A DNA stretch of 64,000 nt from NCBI RefSeq assembly GCF_004010195.1, contig NC_057720.1:36274140-36338139 (forward strand), in the 5' to 3' direction. The position numbers and the translations under genes were made by a program. Positions within the stretch are counted from its first letter, which is position 1, and every line of letters starts with the position of its first letter. This DNA comes from Chiloscyllium plagiosum. Its lineage: Eukaryota. Positions 39,677-49,719 of the stretch are shown here, piece by piece. A model generated the notes under the pieces. That model made no database searches and was not told the origin of the DNA. It saw nothing but the letters and a program-made list of their open reading frames with translations.

Positions 39677-40744
39677 ATACATTTCACAAATTAGAACTTC
39701 AAAATACATAGCTGCTCAGTCACTGATATCAGATGGATCTGAGCACAGTCGTCAATACATGTTCAGTGATGCATTGGGAAATGTGGCTGCGTAGTGATGC
39801 CAAACTACTTACATATTAGATATAGATAATGAGCAGTTATGCCAAACTACTTAGTGGGAAAAGAACTGAAGTGCTGACTGAAGCATCTGACCTATTGATC
39901 TATTCACAGGCAGCAGGTTTGCTGATATTTCAAGACTAAGGAATAAACCACAGTTGAGGGCAAAGATCACTTCACCAACCACTGATAATTCTTTGGTGAA
40001 AATAACAGGAAACTAAAAGGTTTCCAAAACTCCTGGTTAACTCAAATAAAGGTGCAAAACTTGAATGTATACTTTTTGTTTTCAGTAAACGGATCCCTAT
40101 GAATGTGTGTCACTTCTAATGAGTATAAATAAGCTATGTTAAGAGTTTGACTGATTATCTTAAATTGGTTGTTAGTGTAGCTATTAACACACTTAGGATT
40201 GTTTAGCAACCACTGCACATATACAGAATCAAAACATTAGATATTTTGTTTTAGATTTTCTAAGCACAGGCTGGTTGAGTGTGGTCTGTATTCTGCCTAT
40301 TATAAACAACCAAGGGGACATTCTGTTTGATTTAATCAGCCAGTCATGAGAAGTTGCAGCCCTTCATCCCAGCACACTGATCCTGAAATTCATACAACGT
40401 GTCTCAATTGGAGTTGACTTGCCAACCAATCAGTCCCTTTTGTCCTGTAATATAAATTGTTTAAATCTTTTGAATTTTGCCATTCATGAATTGGTCCTGC
40501 TGAGTACAAGACGAAAAAGCATCAGTAATACCTCTCTTCAGCAAAATTCAAGTTTTGTAATAAAATAAAAGCCAAGTATGGTGGATGCTGGAAAAATTCA
40601 GTGGATCTGACAGCATCTATGGAGAGAGAAACAAAGTTAAAGTTAAATCTCACATGATTCAATTTAAGAGTATCCTGAGGAACAGGTGGACTGAAAACAT
40701 TAACTTTGTTTCTCTCCACAGATGAGACTTATTGAGTCTCTGTA

Positions 40745-41415
40745 TTTATTTATTGCCATGCATATTCTTCAACGAAAACTGTTGTATAGTGTCACCACTC
40801 TCTGGCACCGTATTAACACATAGAAAAAGTGTGCAACTTTACAGTCTTTTTTGTTAAGTGTTCGCCGTGTGCCATGGGCCTGCTGGCCAGTCACGAGTCC
40901 CCATCGCTGCGCTGCTGCAACAAAAGTTGCCACTCTTTGACGCTATCTCACCTCCACCTAATCCTTCACTACTATGAGTCTTCACTGGACCTCACCAATG
41001 CAGACACCACCGATACCACCGGATACAGCGTCGGCCCGAACATGGCTCTGCCGAAATGAGTCCACTTTGGACCAACCTTATCGATGCAGCAGCTGCCAAT
41101 GCCACTGGGTCTCGTACTGGGGCAAAATGTGCCTCCACGAAACTGTGCTGGAAGCAGACACCACGGGAACCTAAGCTTGGCACCACTGTAGCAGCCATGG
41201 ATTGGCGCTAGGACCATTTCATCAATGCAGAAGTTGCAGGGCACCCAAACCTGCCTGTAACACCACCACAAGTATGCACTGGGCCCACTTGCTGCTGCTG
41301 ATGCCATCGCTATTACTGTGCTCTTCAACAAGTGGTAAGTAAAATAAAAGAAAGCAGAGAGAGCAGACAAACCCAGGGCTCAGAAGCTTTACACCATCAC
41401 CATCTTACCAGAAGA
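40745..41415 (-). mobile_element. Probable non-autonomous retroposon, GC/CpG-richer than its flanks
   Basis: The minus strand starts ctggtaagatggtgatgg and ends ...gcatggcaataaataaata. Several overlapping ORFs without recognisable product. Family not identified. Confidence 0.4.
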
Positions 41416-42087
41416 AGTTTCCACAGCACATTGTTTCTATTTAATATTTTGTATCCCCTAATGACAATATGTTTCAGCTAAGTTGTTAACTAACTCCATA
41501 TTAGTAACTAACTTTTACTAATTAATTTTCCCTTTTGCCATCATTTATGAAAGCAAATTGGCTTCACTATCAGGACAGACTCTTTTTTTAATATACCCCA
41601 GTCACTTCTTTCTATACTTTCAACTCAGGACCAACCAGAGTTTAAATAACTAATAAAAAGATTTATTGGAAACACAAAGACAGCTGCCAATTAAAATGTA
41701 TTTGAATACATCAGACAGATCATTGAATCAAATGGCTGGGCACCATGGTGGGACAGGTAAGTATAGCTGTAGAAGACAAACTGAATAATATAATAAAATC
41801 TATCAAAAAAGGGTTGCAGTATTCTTCTGTGAATGCAACTTTTTTCACCTCCTGTATCAGAACAGAGTTACAGCAGCTGAAGCAAAGTGTACTGCTGGTT
41901 AAAATTATTTATTTTCCACTGGTGAACTGCAGTTGTGAAACTATTTATATATGCTGTGAAAAAATAAACAATATACTTCACTTTTGTTGACAATCCTTGT
42001 TGGGTGCCAGATGACCTCTTTGATGCTCTCTTCCGAGAGCAGATTAGATTCAGTAGTGTACTAATATTTTGCTCATGCAGAAATGGC

Positions 42088-42250
42088 TCAGATAACTGCC
42101 AACTCCACTTGCTCTTCATTAGAGATGTGTTTCTTCTCAAACTCACTAATTAAATACATCCAGGTGCTTGGATTGGTAATAGTAAACAGGGTAGAATCTG
42201 TTATCATTACAGGTAGTTCTAAAGCACGAAGGTTGCGTTCTTGTGCAACC
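42088..42250 (-). CDS. Candidate terminal coding exon of the same unrecognised gene
   Basis: Acceptor ttttcccacaatgcag|G, then VAQERNLRALELPVMITDSTLFTITNPSTWMYLISEFEKKHISNEEQVELAVI*. AATAAA on - at 41908-41913. Does not resemble the repeat families seen here. Confidence 0.33.
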
Positions 42251-42629
42251 CTGCATTGTGGGAAAATCACACTGTACAAACAGCACTTAAAGTGCTGGCA
42301 ACGTAATCACGTTACAGCCAACACACATTTTAAAAGTTTGCATTTTAGAAACAATGTCCCCATTTCATCAATCATGTTACAGCAAATTCTTGTTAATGAA
42401 ACACGTGTTGTAGCAGAATGACCTGTAGCTGATTTCATGCTAGACTATAGAAGAAAAGGAAGATAAGTTATCTATCTTTCCTTTAATAAAATAACAGGTA
42501 TGAGACCAATATATTGTATCAATATAACTGTAATGTGTTGCCATGTCTTAGTCCATCCATTGATGGAGTCCTAATTTATCAGTGGCTACTCCTAATACAG
42601 CATTCACAGTATTTTGCATACACAAATCT

Positions 42630-43530
42630 GAACAAGAACTGAAAATGCTGGGAATTCTCAGTAAATCTGGCACCATGCATGAAAAGGAAAACAGTTTTTG
42701 CTTCAGGTCTGTGGCCTGTGGTCTTGGGCAGCACGGTGGCACAGTGGTTAGTACTGCTGCCTAACAGCGCCAGAGACCCAGGTTCAATTCCTGCCTCAGG
42801 CAACTGTCTTTGTGGAGTTTGCACATTCTCCCCACATCTGCATGGGTTTCCTCCGGGTTCTCTGGTTTCCTCCCACAATCCAAAAATGTGCAGGTTCGGT
42901 GAACTTGCCATGCTAAATTGCGTGTAGTATTAGGTGAAGGGGTAAATGTAGGGGAATGGGTCTGGGTGGGTTGCTCGTCGAAGGGTCGGTGTGGACTTGT
43001 TGGGCCGAAGGGCCTGTTTCCACACTGTAAGTAATCTAATCTAACACGAGAACTTGAAAACAGTTTAAATCATTTTAAGAAGATTCAATGGGGTGGGTGG
43101 AACAGAGTAAAAGGGAAGTTCTGTGATAGGGGGAAGAGGCAGAAAACATTAAATGTCAAAAAACATTGGTGAGGCAGACCCAGTTGGAGTGACAAAAGGA
43201 CAAAAAACAAAATGTGAAATGCGGAATAATGAACAATAAAATTAAGATCAAAATGTGCAAATAAACAAGGAAATGTAGAGAAAGACTATTGTCTCAAATT
43301 ACTAAAAACTTATATGGGATCCAGAAGCTGTAAAATGCTCAACTTATAATTGCAGCTTTGTTCCTCAAGTTTGCACTGAGCTGCAGCAGGGCAAAGACAG
43401 CTGTAAGTCTGACAGCAAAGTGAAGAATTAAAATGGCAAGCCAATGGAAACTCAGGGCCATATTAATTCAGTTTGCAAATATGTTTTGCAAAAGGTCATA
43501 CAATCTATATTTGGTCTCTCCGATTTAGAA
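42630..43530 (-). mobile_element. Highly degenerate Penelope-like element (GIY-YIG remnant plus terminal repeat), split by a SINE
   Basis: Minus strand at about 43500-43528 gives *IGETKYRL, compared with YIGETKQRL in the 50382 ORF. A terminal-repeat-like gctgggaattctcagtaaatctggcacc occurs at 42647. Confidence 0.55.
42728..43044 (+). mobile_element. HE1-like V-SINE, full length
   Basis: Head ggcagcacggtggcacagtggttagtactgctgcc..ggttcaattcc, V-core, and tail gggccgaagggcctgtttccacactgtaagtaatctaatct. Confidence 0.92.
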
Positions 43531-45094
43531 CTGATCATGAGGATCTAAAATCTGGAATTAGACTGTTTTCAGGAGTAACCATTTTATGCATGCTTTTATA
43601 TTAACCACAAAGTGGCTTCTCGATGCAAAGTAACATAACAAAATTGCTTCAGGCTGAAAATTAACACTGTGTTTAAAATGGCTTCTCACCCTGCTAAAAG
43701 CTGCATTCCTGCCTTGCTGAACTAACTAAATCAAAAAATAAAGCAGACAATGGAGCCTTCACAGTATGGAATTAACTAAGCTAGATAAGACATTACTAAC
43801 CATCCTAGCTAACCTTGAAATGCAGGTGGGAAGAGATAATGGGTGGTAAACAACTTTGTTTCCCAGGAAATATCATTGAGTTAACCTGCTGTCCATTATG
43901 TCATTTTATTACACTTTATTGGATTTACTCTGTAATTAAGGCTGTATTACTTCTTAAGAAACATATAAAAATTGCCTTTGTTCCAAGTGAAATTGCGCAG
44001 TTTTCTCCAAGGAACACAGAAGCTTTTAACCTCTGTGTTGCTGGACAAACCTGTACCCAGCTGTTATGCATTAATGTGTGAAATCTTGCTGAAGCACACC
44101 GTACTCTGTTATTTATTTGACCGATCGCGGAACCGAGAGACCCCTCCCGGGGGTTGAGATCTTCAATCACACAGCAAATACCATATCCCAAGTTAAAAGA
44201 AATACTTGGGGATCACTTTTACTTGTAAGAAATGATTGGGTATTCAACAATGAGGAAAGAGGAGGTATGTCATGAAAGGAATGATTCTTCAGATGGTGAA
44301 AGAGGAGTTGAGGGAAGATGTGTTTGGTGGTGGCATCAGGCTGAAGATGGCAGAATTGGCAGGGAATAATCAGTTGAATAAAAGGAGTGGGAAATCTGTA
44401 AACGAGGAGATTATGCTCTCAGAAAAAGGGAAAGAAATAGAAGGGATGAAAATGGTTAGATGCAGTTAAAAGGACCTTGTCAACCACAATGGAAGGCAAT
44501 TTTCAGTTAAGGAAAAAGGAAGATATGTAAGAATCACTAGTGCGGAAGGTTGCATGATCAGAATGATACAATGGAGACAAAGAAACTAGGAGAATGGAGT
44601 CCTTCCTGGAATTAGGTATCCAAAGTCAAGGAGAGAAAAATAGAGGATCAGAAATAGGTACGATGAAAACTAATGCAAAATACCTTTTCAATTATCTGCC
44701 ATTTCTTTACTTTTCATTCTTAATTCTTCCCTTGGACCAATGGACTTTGTACATTTTGAAAAATATCTGTAGAAACTCTTACTGTTTCTATATTTCTAGC
44801 AAGGTTTTCCTTTTTTTTCTCCTTAATCTTTAAGTCATTCTTTGCTGGGTTTTACATTTGTCCTTATCTGCTACCCATATTTGTGCAATTATGCTTTTAA
44901 GTTTGGTACGATTTTTAATTTTTTTAGTTAAAAATAGAAGGTGGGTGCTCTCATTGATTTCTCTCTCTCTCTCTCTCTCTGAGTGCATATATTCTGAGCA
45001 TTATGAAATATCCCTTAAAAGTCTGCCACTGCACTCTGTTCTCCTAGTCCTTACCCTAAATTTATACTTTAGTTAGCTCTGCTAATAGCAAATG

Positions 45095-45530
45095 GAGTAC
45101 CACATTAGCAAATATAAAAATGTCCATTTTGACAGGAAAAATAAAAATATTATCTAAATGTTGCAGAGCTCTGAAATGCAAAGTGACCTGGCTGCCTTGT
45201 GCATGAATCGCAAAAGGTTAACATGCAAGTACAACAAGTAATCAGGAAAGCTAATAGAATATTCTTGTTTATTGTAAGGGGAATTGAACATAAAAGGTAG
45301 GAAGGTGATTCTTCAGTTATACAGGGCACTGGTGAGACCAGATCTGGAATACTGTGTGGCCTCCTTATTGAAGGAAGGATGTAAATACACTGAAAATAAT
45401 TCAGAGGTTTGCTAGATTAATATTTGCAATAGGCAGATTGTCTAATAAGGAAAGGTTGAACAGGCTGAGCTTGCATCCACTGGAATTGAAAGAATAAGAA
45501 GCAATTTGCTTGAAACATAAAAGATTCTGA
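45095..45530 (+). mobile_element. Degenerate CR1 fragment
   Basis: cagttatacagggcactggtgagaccagatctggaatactgtgt (LYRALVRPDLEYCV). Confidence 0.75.
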
Positions 45531-45719
45531 GTTTTTAAAAAATTATTTTATAGAAAGTGGGCGTGTCGGCAGAGGCCAGTGTTTATTGCCACAGCACAAC
45601 TGTCGGGTTAAGCAGTTTGATTACAAAAATGAGCTTTTTTTTCTCTTAAAAGAAATCATTTTGTTGTCCAGGCTAACTGTGGGTTTAAACATCTAGTTAC
45701 TTTTGTAAAGCTAACTTAC

Positions 45720-45805
45720 CGCAGAGTGCTGACTGCTTTCAATTTTACAGGGTCAATGTATTTGCATAATAATTCAGAGCTGCCTGCCTGGTACCGAGAG
45801 GTAGC
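45720..45805 (-). CDS. Candidate internal coding exon of an unrecognised gene or alternative DMAP1 3' end
   Basis: Acceptor tcccgctcctttcaattag|, 86 nt open as ATSRYQAGSSELLCKYIDPVKLKAVSTL(CG), then a consensus donor |gtaagt. Its phase-2 end fits the phase-2 start of the 42250 segment. No homologue recognised. Confidence 0.35.
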
Positions 45806-46922
45806 CTAATTGAAAGGAGCGGGAGTGACAAGAATCATGCTTTAGCAGGAAATTTAAAGGGATAGTCACTTAAATGCAAAATCTAAAAATTCCTAGATCA
45901 ATTGAAAAACTCAAGATTAATTCTGGCTCTTTAACAGGCAGGAACAGACTTTACATTCTAAAGTTCTGAATTCCAGGCAAATACTTTGCATTTCTGTTGA
46001 TAGTTTTGATGGTTTGTTATTTTCAACAAAAGAAATTGAGTTTAGGGGATCAATGCCCAAAATTGGACTTCGAATAGATTCAGGGATATTAAAAAAAAAC
46101 AGCATCAAAGCAGACTGGTTGCAATGTCCCCAATACTCCTAAGAGATTGCAAAGCAAATGCTCAAGAGAAAATCTTACTTAAAATTATTAGGGATTTCAC
46201 TGGGGCCATTAGTGTAAAACAATTGCAATGACAAATGTTAATTTGAAATCAAGTGTATGACAGGAGCCAGTTTTACACCAGTTATAGTTTAAACTAGGTT
46301 ATCATATGAAATGAAGATCTTTCTTGATAGCTTGGAGGCATACAAAATTTTCAAGGTCATCTTCACAAAAGCAGAAACAAAGCTATACAAGACAAGCTAT
46401 TTGAATGTTAAATGGACAGAATTTGCTTTATGGATTCCCAGATAATGTTGCACATCTGCAGGTTAGTTTGTTTTGACAAGTAGGGACATCTAAATCCATA
46501 TTCTACAAACAGCAAACTTGGCTAGCTGCTAATCTAGCCTTTATTTACAGCTGGTGCTGAAACATCCAAAATCTTGAATTGCTACAGATCAGTTGACTTG
46601 GCATTGAAGACTACGGATTTTTCCAGTGCTAGAAATTATTTTTACATATACTGGACTTACACATCCTTTCAACTGTGAAATGCAACAACAAAAAATAAAA
46701 TTGAGATCAGGGGATCAATGCTCAAAATCGGATTTCCAATAGATTCAGGGATATTCATTGGCACCTCATTTTCACCCCAGAAAAATGTTTTCCTTTCCTT
46801 ATACCATAAGTTGCTACAGGGATCAAGTTGGCATTACAGAGTCTGTTGTAAAGATGATGCATGGGAATTTAAATACGTCTAGACACAAAGACTAAGCATG
46901 ACATGGCAAATGGTCAACAGAA

Positions 46923-47835
46923 ATGAGTCTTCCAGTAAAGCAAATTAAATACCAAGCAGAATTCAAGCTAAGAGTCATAACATTTGTTAACTCATCTGTT
47001 GCTCAAGGGAATGTGATATTTGTGGAAAGACTGGTGCAATAAATAGAAAGAGTGTGCCCTGAAGAAGATGCCCCAAAACCAAATGTGACATCAGAACAGA
47101 AACCAGTCACTGGCTGTATCAGCAAAGATCCTCAAAAATCATTAGAATTGTTACATGGTCAGCAAAAATACAATGCACATGCATGCACTTGAGTGAGTCA
47201 AATCAAACCAAGTTGAGCAAAGATTTCAGAGCAAAAGCTGATTGTAGCCATTTTATAAGGTTAAAGCAGTCTGCAGCTGCAACAGAAGACCAAGATTACT
47301 CAAACAACCAAAAGACCTGAATGCAAAAATTATCAGTTTCCCGCTATTCGGATAGTGCACATTAAATCATAATGGCAATATATATGAAGCACCATTGTTC
47401 AGCAACCAAATGATGGAGTAAAATCATTCAGAAAAGCAGGTCTAGTGAAAATGATGAGGCACAGATGATTCAGTGTGCTCACTTGCATGACTGACAGAAT
47501 GAAATCAAAGCCTATATTAATTTTTGAACAAAGCCATATTGAAAAGCAAGTTTTCTGCAGGATTTTAGTCCATGTCAATGACAACAGTTGGATGCATGAG
47601 AACAAGGTGTAATTATGGATCAGTAATGTGTGGAATAGGCTTCCAATGACCCATGTAAAACATTGCCAATTTTGTGGAACAAGTGCATATTCCATATAAT
47701 CAATGAGATCAAGAGATGCTGGTGAAGAAATAACACCATACTGCAGTTACACCAAAAGGTATAATGTCCATCATCCAACCTTTGCATGCATGCTTCAACA
47801 AGCCATTCAACACTTATGCAAAATGGAATAACACG
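46923..47835 (+). pseudogene. Fossil pogo/Tigger-family (POGK-like) transposase, frameshifted; probable C-terminal remnant at about 48750-48860 beyond a CR1 insertion
   Basis: Manual translation gives, in order: MSLPVKQIKYQAEFKLRVITF (Brinker-type DBD), KTKCDIRTETSHW, LQQKTKITQ/PKDLNAKIISF (CENP-B-type HTH end), GNIYEAP, LTCMTDRMKSKPILIF, VHVNDNSWMHENKV*LWISNVWNRLP, ILWNKCIFH and QPLHACFNKPFN (DDE_1 domain). Confidence 0.85.
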
Positions 47836-47857
47836 GAAATCCAATTCGAATAGAATC

Positions 47858-48745
47858 ACAGTCATAGAGCTAGATAGCATGGAAACAGATCCTTCAGTCC
47901 AACTCGCCCATCCTCATCATATTTACCGGTATTTGGCTCAATCCCTCTAAATCTTTCCTATTTACATACCGATCCAGATGCCTGTCAAATGTTTTAATTG
48001 TACCAGCCTCCTCCACTTCTTCTGGCAGCTTATTCCACACATGCACCATCCTCTGCATGAATAAGTTGCCTCTCTCACCTTAAACCTAATCCCACTAGTT
48101 TTGGACTTCCCCATCTAGGGGAAAAGACCTTGAATGTCCTATACAGCCTCAACATAACCTCCTAACTCCTATACTCAATGCAATGATCAATAAAGGTGTG
48201 CATACAAAACATCTTCTTCACTATCCTATCTACTTGCAACTCCACATTCAAGGAACAATGAACCTGCACTCAAGGTCTCTTTGTTCAGCAACACTCCCCA
48301 GGACCTGACCATCAAGTGTATAAGTAATGCCCTGACTTGCCTTTCCAAAATTCAGCACCTCTCATTTATCTGAATTAAACTCCATCTGCCACTCCTCAGC
48401 CTATAGGCCCATATGATCAAGGTCCCGTTGGATTCTGAGGTAACCTTCTTTGCTGTCCACTACACTTCCAATTTTGGTATCATCTACAAACTTACTAACT
48501 ATACCTCTTATGCTCACTTCCAAATCATTTATATAAATGATGAAAAGCAGTGATCCCAGCACAAAGCCTTGTGACACTCCACTAGTCATGGGTGTCGAGT
48601 GTAAAAAGGACCCCCCCCACTACCTTCAAGCCACTTCTGTATCCAAATGGCTAGTCCTCCCTGTATTCCATGTGATCTAACCTTGCCAACTAGTCTACCA
48701 TGGGGTGGAACATTGATAAATGCCTTACTGAAGTCCATATAGAGC
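47858..48745 (-). mobile_element. HER1/CR1 LINE fragment inserted in the pogo fossil
   Basis: YMDFSKAF and SGVSQGFVLGSLLFIIYINDL..KFVDDTKI; 3' tail at 47858. Confidence 0.9.
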
Positions 48746-49102
48746 ATATAGAGTCCATTCAATGAATTTACAGCAAGGTGATTTGTTGTGGTGAATTGAT
48801 TCTGAAAATGATAGTGCCACATGGGATCCAAAGTAGGATCCTGACAATGATGGCATGGTCCAAAGTGATTCAATTAATTCAATAAACCCTTAACATCAAA
48901 GTCATTATCATTTGATGTAAAAATGTTCCAATTAAAAGGCAGTTAAAAGGTGGTTCAAGGTACTTTTGTACAATTAATTCATTCAATAAACTGTGCCACA
49001 ATAAATTAGTCCAAATTACTGGTATTTCTTTTTACATTTCAAAATGGCAAACACCTAGACAACTAGTTTATATTTATATATTTGGCATATAAACTAGCCT
49101 CA

Positions 49103-49476
49103 TTATAGAGGTTTACAAAATTATGAGGGGTATGGATAGGGTAAATAGGCAAAGTCTTTTCCCTGGAGTCAGGGAGTCCAGAACTAGAGGGCATAGGTTT
49201 AGGGTGAGAGGGGAAAGATATAAAAGGGACCTAAGGGGCAACTTTTTCACACAGACGGTGGTATGTGTATGGAATGAGCTGCCAGAGGGAGTGGTGGAGG
49301 CTAGTACAATTGCAACATTTAAAAGGCATTTGGATGAGTATATGAATAGGAATGGTTTGGAGGAATATGGGCGGGGTGCTGGCAGGTGGGACGAGATTGG
49401 GTTGGGATATTTGGTCGGCATGGACAGGGTTGGACCGAAGGGTCTGTTTCCATGCTGTACATCTCTATGACTCTAT
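49103..49476 (+). mobile_element. HER1/CR1 LINE 3' end
   Basis: Near identical to 28097-28481. Confidence 0.9.
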
Positions 49477-49660
49477 AAAGCATCAGATAAACCAGCAAAC
49501 CACTGGCAGGTTAAGTATTCTTGACAATAAAATCATTGTCAAAATCAACATTGAAAATGTTCAAACTGTTAGGCATAATTACAAAATTAAATCATAATTA
49601 TTCTATAAAGTCACATTGCAAACATTTTTCTAAAATGCAACATAACATGCTCTTGTACTA

Positions 49661-49679
49661 TAGCACCTTCTAGTGGCAG
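49661..49679 (-). promoter_or_regulatory. CTCF-like motif
   Basis: Minus strand CTGCCACTAGAAGGTGCTA resembles the CTCF consensus TGGCCACCAGGGGGCGCTA. Motif match only. Confidence 0.4.
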
Positions 49680-49719
49680 GATACAAACTTTCCCACCACC
49701 ACCACAACTGTTACAGTTA

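Noticed and set aside
40829..41370. Overlapping ORFs in a GC-richer block as a host gene
   Set aside because: No recognisable product or splice structure; better explained as a repeat.
42088..42250. Vague resemblance of AQERNLRALE to tektin coiled-coil segments
   Set aside because: Short, low-complexity similarity with no tektin signature motif.
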